Assembly: GCA_030038365.1 (NCBI GenBank)
Contig: JASHPA010000196.1
Span: 8,900 to 72,899, forward strand
Origin: Nitrososphaerales archaeon
GTDB taxonomy: Archaea; Thermoproteota; Nitrososphaeria; Nitrososphaerales; Gagatemarchaeaceae
Direction: 5' to 3'
DNA length: 64,000 nucleotides
The first letter of the stretch is position 1. Each line of letters opens with the position of its first letter. The notes below the pieces were generated by a model that had not been told where the DNA came from, did not search any database, and worked only from the letters and a program-made list of their open reading frames with translations. Below, in pieces: positions 26,610 to 34,623 of this stretch. Both the position numbers and the translations under genes were made by a program.

Positions 26610-28286
26610 GTGTCCTGCCGACCGGCCGTGCCGACTGGCGGGGCTCTTGTGATAGAGGCGCTGGAGCGAAAACGCGTTCCGTTTGTCTTCGGTATACCTG
26701 CCGTCCACAATCTCCCAATCTACGATGCTCTCCAGTCGTCGACCAAGGTAAGAAGCGTCAGCGTGAAGCACGAGCAAGGCGCAGGATTCATGTCGATTGG
26801 CTTCGCGTATTCCACAGGGAAACCGGCCACCTGTGTCGTAGGGTGCGGTCCGGGGGCCACCAACATGTTGACTCCCGTCGGCGAAGCCTACCTGGATTCG
26901 ATGCCGCTGCTGGTGATTGCTGGTGGAATCAGGACCACCTCCGTAGGCAAGGGAGGTCTTCACGACGTCGACCAGCTATCTATGTTCGCAAGCGTCACGA
27001 AGGAGACCGCGAGACTGACTGATGCTGCAACGCTTGGACTCTGTGTTGAAGAGGCAGTCCAAAGCTCGACAAGCGGCAGACCTCGCCCTATTTTTCTCGA
27101 GATACCTTTCGACGTACTCTCGCGCGAAGTTCCGCCCGCCTCCGCGATGTCGATACCGAATCCTGTCTCACAGCCGCTCCGCGGGGAAAAGGACGCAGTC
27201 TCCCTCGCTTCAAGGGCTCTTTCGCAGGCTGTGAGGCCGCTTATCATCGTCGGAGGCGGAATAAACAGCTCTGGAGCGTGGGACGACCTCCACAGGCTTG
27301 CAAACATACTCCAATCTCCTGTGGTATCGACTATCTCGGCCAAAGGGGCATATCCCGAGAACGACCCCCTCTCGGCGGGCCAGCTCTGGGATTCCGTTGG
27401 ACTCAGGACCGCCAGCGAGGCGGATGTCGTTCTCGCCCTGGGCTGCCGCTTCTCCGAGCGTTCCACTGCGAGCTGGGGACTCAGACTCCCGGGCTCCCTG
27501 ATTCAGGTCGACATCGACCCGAACGAGATCGGAAGAAACTACCCGGTAGCACTCGGAATATGCGCCGATGCGGGGAAGTTCCTGCAGGCTCTCTTGGAGG
27601 AGAAGCCCTCTGGGAATACCCACGAAAGAGCCAAGTGGACAGAAGAGGTGCGGAACGCAAGCCTGGAGAGGAAGGCCCAGATTGCCAGGAGTGTCCCCGA
27701 GTCGGGCTCGATCAGACCGCAGAGCGCTGTCCACGAGATAGCGCAGGTGCTCCCTGGCGATGCAGTGGTCGTAACGGAAACGGGTCATGCTTTCTGGTGG
27801 CCCGTAATGATGCTGGAGATGACAAGACCGAGGAGCTTCCTCGCGCCCTCTGGCAACTCAACCCTCGGCTTCGGCTTCCCCGCCGCACTAGGGGCGAAGT
27901 GCGCCCGTCCGGAGAGGCCCGTGGTCTGTCTGGTGGGAGATGGTGGTTTCGCTTTCACCTGTCAGGAGATTGCTACTTCGGTCGAGGAAAAAATCCCCAT
28001 CGTGACTGTGGTATTCGACGACGGGGGCTACGCGGCCATACGGGAGTATCAAAGAAAGGGGTATGGTTCCCGTTACATCGGCGTCGATTTTTCGGTGAGA
28101 CCCGACTTCGTGAAACTCGCTCAATCGCTTGGCGCCGATGGTGTCCTCGTGGAGCGACGGGATGAGATTGGACCGATCGTGAAGGCCGCACTGCGAGCAT
28201 CGAAGACTACCGTGATAGACGTCGGGATAGAGCGCGACGAGGAAGTCCTTCCCAAGTTCTTCACCCAGATTTACAAGAAAGGCTAA
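26610..28286 (+). CDS. thiamine-diphosphate-dependent enzyme (acetolactate synthase large-subunit-like)
   Basis: 558 aa. N-terminal GGALVIEALERKRVPFVFGIPAVHNLPIYDAL..KHEQGAGFM and the ThDP-binding motif VGDGGFAFTCQEIATSVEEKIPIVTVVFDDGGY. Substrate specificity cannot be read from the sequence. Confidence 0.85.
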   Translation: MSCRPAVPTGGALVIEALERKRVPFVFGIPAVHNLPIYDALQSSTKVRSVSVKHEQGAGFMSIGFAYSTGKPATCVVGCGPGATNMLTPVGEAYLDSMPLLVIAGGIRTTSVGKGGLHDVDQLSMFASVTKETARLTDAATLGLCVEEAVQSSTSGRPRPIFLEIPFDVLSREVPPASAMSIPNPVSQPLRGEKDAVSLASRALSQAVRPLIIVGGGINSSGAWDDLHRLANILQSPVVSTISAKGAYPENDPLSAGQLWDSVGLRTASEADVVLALGCRFSERSTASWGLRLPGSLIQVDIDPNEIGRNYPVALGICADAGKFLQALLEEKPSGNTHERAKWTEEVRNASLERKAQIARSVPESGSIRPQSAVHEIAQVLPGDAVVVTETGHAFWWPVMMLEMTRPRSFLAPSGNSTLGFGFPAALGAKCARPERPVVCLVGDGGFAFTCQEIATSVEEKIPIVTVVFDDGGYAAIREYQRKGYGSRYIGVDFSVRPDFVKLAQSLGADGVLVERRDEIGPIVKAALRASKTTVIDVGIERDEEVLPKFFTQIYKKG

Positions 28287-28339
28287 CAGAAACCTAAGGA
28301 GCGCACCCGTATATATCATGGAACATATTTTGGATAGCG

Positions 28340-28681
28340 TTGATCAACATCAACAAGACCGTCTACGACGCGCCCGAGCCCGCGGACGGCAAGAGGGTAC
28401 TGGTGATGTCGCTCTGGCCGCGCGGGATATCGAAGGAGAAAGTGGACGCATGGATGAAGGAGCTCGGTACACCCAAGGAGACCATCAAGAAGTGGAAGAC
28501 TGGCAAGATTAGCTGGGCGGAATTTGCGCGCGAGTATAGGAGGAGCCTCAAGGGTAAGGAACCGCTGTTGAGGGAGCTCTCCCAGGAGTCGAAACACAGA
28601 ACGATTACCCTCCTTTGCATCGAGAAGGATCCGACGCGCTGTCACCGGTCGCTTCTCAAGGAAGCCATCGAGTCGATATAG
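28340..28681 (+). CDS. DUF488 (YeaO-like) family protein
   Basis: 113 aa. RVLVMSLWPRGISKEKV..WMKELGTPKE...ITLLCIEKDPTRCHRSLL matches the DUF488 pattern (LWPRG ... W.K.LAPS ... LLC.E....CHR). Confidence 0.72.
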   Translation: MININKTVYDAPEPADGKRVLVMSLWPRGISKEKVDAWMKELGTPKETIKKWKTGKISWAEFAREYRRSLKGKEPLLRELSQESKHRTITLLCIEKDPTRCHRSLLKEAIESI

Positions 28682-28826
28682 AAGCTAGGAACCTAGGAAT
28701 CAGGAATGCTCGAGCCCAGTCGAGCCGATTGAGTGGAAGGTTCTAACTGTTTGCGGCCTCTTTATAGAATACTCTTAACAAACGGGAAGACATATGTAAT
28801 AGGCACCGGCCAAAGCCCAAAAATCC

Positions 28827-30707
28827 GTGGGTATGGGTGATTCTTCCAAAGCCGCCAGGGCCGTAGATCAGCTCAGCGACTTCACAACGGTGAACAGAAG
28901 GCTCTTTCTGGTCGCCGCGTTCAGCGTAGTCATCGGCGCAGTAGCTGCGCTGGTCGCCGCAGCGCTCCTTCTCTTGATTGGCTTCTTCACGAACCTCTTC
29001 TTCTACGGAAGGCTGGCCTTCACCTTCGTCTCGCCTGCCGGTAACAGTCTGGGGCTCTTCGAGGTCGCGGTTCCCGTGATGGGTGGATTGATCGTTGGAC
29101 TGATGGCGCGCTACGGATCCGACAGGATACGTGGCCATGGAATTCCCGAGGCGATAGAATCCATCCTTACCAAGAAGAGTAAAGTCGAGCCGAAGCTGGC
29201 CGTCCTTAAGCCCCTTTCGAGCGCGATCTCGATAGGGTCGGGCGGACCCTTCGGCGCCGAGGGTCCCATCATCATGACGGGAGGAGCATTCGGCTCTGTC
29301 TTCGCCCAATTCCTTCACGTTTCCTCGAGTGAGAGGAAAACCTTGCTCGTAGCTGGTGCAGCTGCGGGAATGGCCGCCACGTTCAACAGCCCGGTCGCTG
29401 CGGTCCTGCTCGCGGTCGAGCTTCTCCTCTTCGAGTGGAAACCTAGGAGCCTGATTCCGGTCGGTATCGCGAGTATCACGGCCACTGTGGTGCGCTGGTC
29501 GATTCTGGGCACGAGCCCCATATTCCCTGTGGCTGCCACCCCGGTACCGGATGCGCTCACCGTCATTGCAGCACTCGCGGTAGGGTTGATCGCCGGAGGA
29601 GCGTCCACGATGCTTACGTGGGGGGTCTACGGGTCTGAGGACCTTTTCCGGAAGCTCCCGATTCACTGGATGTGGTGGCCAGCAATCGGCGGCCTGGTGA
29701 TAGGCATAGGAGGACTCATCGCGCCCAGGGCATTGGGGGTCGGATACAATACGATCGACGCCCTCCTCCTGGGCCAGCTTGCGGTCGGAGTGGTCGCAGT
29801 GCTAGTGCTGGTCAAGGCGGTCATCTGGGCCTTCTCGCTTGGTTCAGGAACGTCGGGAGGCGTCCTCGCGCCGCTGCTGATTGTGGGTGGGTGCCTAGGA
29901 GCGATCGAGTCGCTGTTCCTCCCCGCGGGAACCCTCACCCTCTGGGTGCTCGTCAGTATGGGAGCCATGATAGGCGGGACGATGAGGTCTCCCTTCACGG
30001 GGGTGGTCTTCACGCTGGAGCTGACGCACGATGTCAATGCCCTACTTCCGCTGCTCGGCGCTGCGATTACCGCAGATTTGATCACCGTCTTCACGATGAA
30101 GCGGTCAATCCTGACAGAGAAAGTCGCCAGGAGAGGGGTGCACGTCGCGAGGGAGTATTCGGTAGAGCTCCTGGAGCAGATTTACACCGGCCCGGTAATG
30201 CACGGGGACTTCCTGTCAGTACAGGCTGATATGCCCTTTGCCGAGCTCGTGCGGTCTTTCTCGAACGGGGGCGGAACCGCCATTGGTTACCCCGTGCTCG
30301 ACGAGAAGGGACGATTGAGCGGATATCTCCAGAGAAACGAGATTCTTGCCCGCGTCGCCAAAGGCGGATATGAAACGCTGCAGGTAAAGGATGTCGTCTC
30401 GAAGAAACTCGTGGTGGCGTTCCCTGACGATCCGATGAAGGTGGCGGCCGACATGCTAGCTCTCCATGACCTAGAGAGCCTGCCTGTAGTCGAGCCGTCC
30501 AATCCGGCGAAGGTGGTCGGACTCATCTCCCGCGAGGATGTCTTCCACGCCCGAAAGCTCTGGCTGGCGGAGGAGCGTGCTTACGAGAAGCATCTATCGG
30601 TGCCGAGACCATCCGCGAGGAGAATTGCGCGTAACATTATGCAAAGAATTCGACGGCAAAAGAAGGGGAAAAACTCCGATAAGGCACGGAAACAGGAGGA
30701 GGCCTAA
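28827..30707 (+). CDS. ClC-family chloride channel/transporter with C-terminal CBS pair
   Basis: 626 aa. ClC selectivity motifs GSGGPFGAEGPI and GVLAPLL are present, with more than 10 TM segments. The C-terminal ~150 aa has two CBS-like repeats (GYPVLDEKGRLSGYL, LPVVEPSNPAKVVGLISRED). Confidence 0.9.
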   Translation: MGMGDSSKAARAVDQLSDFTTVNRRLFLVAAFSVVIGAVAALVAAALLLLIGFFTNLFFYGRLAFTFVSPAGNSLGLFEVAVPVMGGLIVGLMARYGSDRIRGHGIPEAIESILTKKSKVEPKLAVLKPLSSAISIGSGGPFGAEGPIIMTGGAFGSVFAQFLHVSSSERKTLLVAGAAAGMAATFNSPVAAVLLAVELLLFEWKPRSLIPVGIASITATVVRWSILGTSPIFPVAATPVPDALTVIAALAVGLIAGGASTMLTWGVYGSEDLFRKLPIHWMWWPAIGGLVIGIGGLIAPRALGVGYNTIDALLLGQLAVGVVAVLVLVKAVIWAFSLGSGTSGGVLAPLLIVGGCLGAIESLFLPAGTLTLWVLVSMGAMIGGTMRSPFTGVVFTLELTHDVNALLPLLGAAITADLITVFTMKRSILTEKVARRGVHVAREYSVELLEQIYTGPVMHGDFLSVQADMPFAELVRSFSNGGGTAIGYPVLDEKGRLSGYLQRNEILARVAKGGYETLQVKDVVSKKLVVAFPDDPMKVAADMLALHDLESLPVVEPSNPAKVVGLISREDVFHARKLWLAEERAYEKHLSVPRPSARRIARNIMQRIRRQKKGKNSDKARKQEEA

Positions 30708-31229
30708 ATGTCCGAAAAAAACAAGGTCACACGAAACAAGACGCTACGGCAACCCATAACTAACTCGGCGCGGCGCTCTTCAGCATTGGACGACCTGGAC
30801 ATGCGGCTGCTCGTCGCATTAAAGGAGAACGCACGAAGACCGGTGCTCGCCCTGTCCAAAGAGCTGGGCGTCTCCGATGCGACCGTGCACAAGCGGATAC
30901 ACAACCTCGAGCGGTCAGGCATCATAAAGGGATACAGTACGAGGCTCGACGCCGAGCAGCTCGGCTACAAGGTCACCGCGTTCATCGAAGTCAGGGTGAA
31001 GCCCGGTACCTCTGAAAGCGTAGGGCAGAACCTCTCGAGAATTCCTAACGTTCTGGAGGTCTTTGAACTTCACTCGCACTGCGATATCCTGGTGAGAGTT
31101 CAGGCCAGAGACCTGCATGAGCTCCGCGATGAGCTCGTCGGTATCATAATGACCGTGCCCGACGTGGTCTCGAAGGAAACCAACATCGTTCTGAACACAG
31201 TCAAAAGCACAGAGGGTCCTCCAATCTAG
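30708..31229 (+). CDS. Lrp/AsnC-family transcriptional regulator
   Basis: 173 aa. The ATG directly abuts the ClC stop (TAAATG). LDDLDMRLLVALKENARRPVLALSKELGVSDATVHKRIHNLERSGIIKGY is followed by a RAM/ACT-like domain (KVTAFIEVRVKPG). Confidence 0.85.
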   Translation: MSEKNKVTRNKTLRQPITNSARRSSALDDLDMRLLVALKENARRPVLALSKELGVSDATVHKRIHNLERSGIIKGYSTRLDAEQLGYKVTAFIEVRVKPGTSESVGQNLSRIPNVLEVFELHSHCDILVRVQARDLHELRDELVGIIMTVPDVVSKETNIVLNTVKSTEGPPI

Positions 31230-31381
31230 AGCCGAAGCCCCGCCGCTACTTCGTGACTGCTCTCGAAACGTCAGGCTGGAGTCTCTCTTCCAGCCGGCCG
31301 GACAGACGGACATGGATACCGGGGACCCCCCATGAGCCTCCGCGACGGTCCGGATGGTCTGCTCTTAACGTAAGAACAAAG

Positions 31382-31513
31382 TGCCAAGGGTCGGATTTGA
31401 ACCGACGACAACCCGGTAAATGAGGAGGGTCTCTCCACTTCAGCCGGGGGCTTGAGGCCTTTGGAGCTCTCTCCCAGGTTTCTCGGCTTTTTGCTCCTCT
31501 GAGCTACCTTGGC
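31382..31513 (-). tRNA. tRNA-Phe(GAA) interrupted by three introns (D-loop, position ~25/26, canonical 37/38)
   Basis: The 132-nt reverse complement reads GCCAAGG TA GCTC AG[AGGAGCAAAAAGCCGAGAAA]CCTGGGAGA GAGC [TCCAAAGGCCTCAAGC]C CCCGG CTGAAG[TGGAGAGACCCTCCTCATTT]A CCGGG TTGTC GTCGG TTCAAAT CCGAC CCTTGGC A. Removing 20+16+20 nt leaves a canonical 76-nt tRNA-Phe. Confidence 0.8.
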
Positions 31514-31577
31514 ACGGGGCCGTCGTTTCGTTCGTATTCACTTAAGACTTTCTGCCATTGATTCCTCTTTCTCACGC

Positions 31578-31916
31578 TTAGACCGCTTCTATCATCTTGT
31601 CGATGATTAGCCTCGCTCTCAGGCCCGACGCCTCCACTCGGTAGGTCTGACCATCGAGGCACGTCCTTGACCCGCCTCCCCTCCTACGAATTGGCAGGCC
31701 CCACCGCCTGCTGACTGGAAGGAGAGCGTCCCTGTCGCAAATCGTTATTGCAATGGTCGGCGAAATGCTTACTCCAACATGTCTCTTGCGCCTCTTGCAA
31801 TACGAGTATCCTTCCCCGTTGTAGAGTCCGGTGGAGTACAGTGCCAAGCCTCTATCTTCCAGATGCGGATGGTTGCCGACGATTCTTCCCATGCGTCGCT
31901 CGATTGCCAACCCCAT
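31578..31916 (-). CDS. hypothetical protein, weakly LAGLIDADG-homing-endonuclease-like (single motif)
   Basis: 112 aa. LYSTGLYNGEGYSY (compare LAGLIDGDGS), then ISPTIAITICDRDALLPVSRRWGLP and YRVEASGLRARLIIDKM mimic the LAGLIDADG domain layout. The acidic residues are only partly conserved. Weak call. Confidence 0.3.
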   Translation of the reverse strand: MGLAIERRMGRIVGNHPHLEDRGLALYSTGLYNGEGYSYCKRRKRHVGVSISPTIAITICDRDALLPVSRRWGLPIRRRGGGSRTCLDGQTYRVEASGLRARLIIDKMIEAV

Positions 31917-32040
31917 AATTCGTACTCTGTGTTATGACTTCACCACTGAGCTGCGCCTAACCAGCGCCATAGAAACCGGCCACCTCTTAACCTCAAAGCT
32001 TAAAGTGCCTCAGGCCCACTGCAGTTACGGCTTGAAGAAG

Positions 32041-32496
32041 AACTTCGTCGAGACCTACAAAGCATCCCAGGCATTCAAGGCGCCTCTGGACTTTGTGTTC
32101 CAATGGTGCACCGATTTCAGGGAGGACGATGGGAAGATGGTGGGCTCGAAGGCCAAGAAGACCTTCCTGGAGAAGACCGCGAAGAGGGTCGTTTGGGTCG
32201 CCGAGTATAAGGAAGATGGCAAGCCCCGTGAGGGGGTCAGGGTCGTCTGGTTGCGTCCTCCCAATACCTGGAAACTGGACACGTGCGGCGACCACCGCGA
32301 GATTGGAGAATACGTCCTGAGCCCCAAGGGCAAGGACAAGACCCGACTCGACATGAAGTTCAAGATAAGCTACGACAGCAAGGACGACGCGCCCGACAAG
32401 AAGAAGTGGGAGAAAGAGGTTGCCGAGGAATGGCAGACCTTCGCCGACTACCTTCAGAAAGACTACAAGGGGTCACTGCACGTCGCCAAAGAGTGA
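32041..32496 (+). CDS. SRPBCC-like small protein
   Basis: The ORF track starts at 31831, but that extension overlaps the divergent gene. An in-frame TTG at 32041 follows a TATA-like GCTTAAAG. KASQAFKAPLDFVFQWCTDFREDDGKMVG fits the SRPBCC N-terminal pattern. Confidence 0.5.
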   Translation, partial: NFVETYKASQAFKAPLDFVFQWCTDFREDDGKMVGSKAKKTFLEKTAKRVVWVAEYKEDGKPREGVRVVWLRPPNTWKLDTCGDHREIGEYVLSPKGKDKTRLDMKFKISYDSKDDAPDKKKWEKEVAEEWQTFADYLQKDYKGSLHVAKE

Positions 32497-33419
32497 CCCA
32501 TCTGGCCCACACAATCGACCGCAAGACCTTCCATTACAAGTGGAACAGGGCCCACAAGCCCGTCCTCAAAATCAGCGACGGCGAGACAGTCACCTTCGAC
32601 ATAAACGACGTCTGGAGCTGGGGAATCAAGAAGACCTCGAAGGCCGAGGACCTTACGCGCCTCGACCTGGAGAAGCTCTACCCGTTGGCAGGTCCCGTTT
32701 ACATCGAGGGGGCAGAGCCCGGGGACGCTCTCGTCGTGGAGGTCCTCGACGTAACCTTCGACAACTTTGGATGGACCGCCGTCGTGCCCGGGTTCGGAAT
32801 CCTAGATGAGTTCCAGAAGCCGTATCTCTACAAGTGGGACCTAAGGAACAAGAAGGTCGCGCCCTTCGAGAACGGGATAAAGATTCCACTCAGCCCCTTC
32901 TGTGGCGTCATGGGCGTGGCCCCTGACGAGAAAGGGTCGTTCAACGTCGCGCCACCTGGCAAGCACGGTGGAAACATGGACATCCGGTACCTTACCAAGG
33001 GAAGCACGATCAAGATTCCCGTCTGGATCCCCGGGGCTCTTTTCTCAGCTGGAGATGTACATGCGGCCATGGGTGATGGAGAGGTATGTCTATGCGCAAT
33101 CGAGTGTGCCGGAGCGGCAAAACTGCGCTTTCATCTTGATAAGGACGCGCGCCTCCGGGGGCCGCAGTACACGACACCTGGCGACAAGAAACCAAAGAAG
33201 GGATACTACGGGACGACGGGTATCTCCCCCGACCTGTGGAAGGCAATGCAGGAATCCGTCAGGAACATGATCTCCTACCTGACAAAGACTTACGACCTGA
33301 CCGCGGAGGAGGCCTACGTGCTCTGCAGTGTCGCCGCGGACGTAAGAGTCCACGAAGCCGTGGACAAGCCCAACTGGCTCGTCGGCACCATGATATCACG
33401 GGACCTCTTCCCGGACTAG
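32493..33419 (+). CDS. acetamidase/formamidase-family amidohydrolase
   Basis: A GTG at 32493 overlaps the upstream stop (GTGA). NRAHKPVLKISDGETVTFD, GPVYIEGAEPGDALVVEVLD, GGNMD and GDVHAAMGDGEV are FmdA/AmdA hallmarks. Confidence 0.85.
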   Translation: MTHLAHTIDRKTFHYKWNRAHKPVLKISDGETVTFDINDVWSWGIKKTSKAEDLTRLDLEKLYPLAGPVYIEGAEPGDALVVEVLDVTFDNFGWTAVVPGFGILDEFQKPYLYKWDLRNKKVAPFENGIKIPLSPFCGVMGVAPDEKGSFNVAPPGKHGGNMDIRYLTKGSTIKIPVWIPGALFSAGDVHAAMGDGEVCLCAIECAGAAKLRFHLDKDARLRGPQYTTPGDKKPKKGYYGTTGISPDLWKAMQESVRNMISYLTKTYDLTAEEAYVLCSVAADVRVHEAVDKPNWLVGTMISRDLFPD

Positions 33420-33466
33420 CTTCGGTCTCCGCAATCGATTTGTAGCCACGCGACAGCCTTCCCGGC

Positions 33467-33847
33467 ATGCGACTCCTTCACACTTCGATAACCGTCAAGA
33501 ACATGGACGACAGCATAGGGTTCTACACGAAGGTCATGGGAATGAAGCTGAGGGCGCGTCGCGAGATCAAGGAGAACGACGCCGAGATCGCCTTCCTCGA
33601 TGTCGATGGCACGAACCACGAGATCGAACTGACGTGGTGGAGGAAGAAGACAGACTATGCGGACGGAGACCAGCTTGACCACATGGCGTTCGAGGTCGAA
33701 GACCTTAACCGGGCCATCGAGAAGATGAGAGCAATGAAGGTCGAGGTCGCGAAGGAGCCCTACTCGCTAGGCTCCAGCAGAATCGCGTTCATCAAGGACC
33801 CTAACGGGATATGGCTCGAACTCATCGAGAAGAAGAGCGCTGGTTGA
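33467..33847 (+). CDS. VOC-family protein (glyoxalase I-like)
   Basis: 126 aa. MRLLHTSITVKNMDDSIGFYTKVMGM...EIELTW...LDHMAFEVEDL...DPNGIWLELIE. Confidence 0.85.
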   Translation: MRLLHTSITVKNMDDSIGFYTKVMGMKLRARREIKENDAEIAFLDVDGTNHEIELTWWRKKTDYADGDQLDHMAFEVEDLNRAIEKMRAMKVEVAKEPYSLGSSRIAFIKDPNGIWLELIEKKSAG

Positions 33848-34443
33848 GTACGACCCTTGGTCCATGCACACTGGAAGGGAAGTACGTCCGGCTTGAGCCC
33901 CTGAAGGTCGAAGACGCCGGGGTCCTCACGGTGGCGGCGCAGGATTCGGACTGGTCTTGGATGTCGGTCGACAGCAGGTCGGAGTCTAACACGCGTCAAT
34001 GGATCAGTGCGGCTCTCGCGGCTCAAGAGATGGGACTTGAGTATCCCTTCATCGTATACAACAAGGCAGACGACAGAGTCGTCGGCAGCACGCGCTACAT
34101 GGACGTGCGCGCTGCGAACAAAGGCGTCGAGATCGGATGGACATGGTACTCGTCGAGCGTCTGGGCCACTGCAGTCAATCCCGAATGCAAGTTCCTCTTG
34201 ATGCGACACGCATTCGAGGACTGGGGCGCGATACGCGTCCAACTGAAGACGGACAACAACAACCTTCACTCCCAGCGCGCAATCGCCAAACTGGGAGCCA
34301 GGTTCGAAGGAAGGCTGAGGAACCATCGCCTGCGGAAAGACGGCAGTCACGGGGACTCCATGATGTATGCAATCACGGTCGACGAATGGCCTGTCGTTAA
34401 GGAAGCGCTGCTGACGAGAATAGAGGCTTTCGAAAAACACTAG
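33844..34443 (+). CDS. GNAT-family N-acetyltransferase (RimJ/RimL-like)
   Basis: A TTG at 33844 overlaps the upstream stop (TTGA). LEGKYVRLEPLKVEDAGVL ... GSTRYMDV...VEIGWTW...RHAFEDWGAIRVQLKTDNNNLHSQRAIAKLGARFEG. Confidence 0.8.
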   Translation: MSTTLGPCTLEGKYVRLEPLKVEDAGVLTVAAQDSDWSWMSVDSRSESNTRQWISAALAAQEMGLEYPFIVYNKADDRVVGSTRYMDVRAANKGVEIGWTWYSSSVWATAVNPECKFLLMRHAFEDWGAIRVQLKTDNNNLHSQRAIAKLGARFEGRLRNHRLRKDGSHGDSMMYAITVDEWPVVKEALLTRIEAFEKH

Positions 34444-34469
34444 CTCGCGGCGGGGCCTGTTGAAGGAGG

Positions 34470-34581
34470 TGCGGTCGCTGGGATTTGGACCCAGGTATCT
34501 TGTCCGGTTCACGGATTACAAGCTTGGAGGGCTTATGTCCTAGACCAGATTGTCCTCTGCTGAGATCTGGACGACGACCGC
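34470..34581 (-). tRNA. tRNA-Gly(UCC)-like gene with two non-canonical introns (D-loop and variable region); atypical C33 and C55
   Basis: Reverse complement: GCGGTCG TC GTCC AG[ATCTCAGCAGAGGACAAT]CTGGTCTA GGAC A TAAGC CCTCCAA GCTTG [19 nt inserted within TAATCCGTGAACCGGACAAGATAC] CTGGG TCCAAAT CCCAG CGACCGC A. This is the only parse in which all four stems pair. The anticodon loop reads CCUCCAA, with C where U33 is expected. Confidence 0.55.
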
Positions 34582-34623
34582 TTGCCCACCTCGTCATTCA
34601 GCTCCCATTTATGAGTTCACGGG

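Noticed and set aside
27278-28165. 295-aa ORF in a second plus-strand frame
   Set aside because: It lies wholly inside the ThDP-enzyme gene, whose frame carries the ThDP-binding motif. The alternative frame is Arg/Gly/Pro-rich.
28743-29666. 307-aa ORF on the minus strand
   Set aside because: It is antisense to the ClC channel gene. It is an Arg/Gly/Glu-rich, low-complexity shadow ORF.
31831-32040. N-terminal extension of the SRPBCC-like ORF
   Set aside because: It overlaps the divergent 31578..31916 ORF and precedes a TATA-like element. An in-frame TTG at 32041 gives a protein of normal SRPBCC size.
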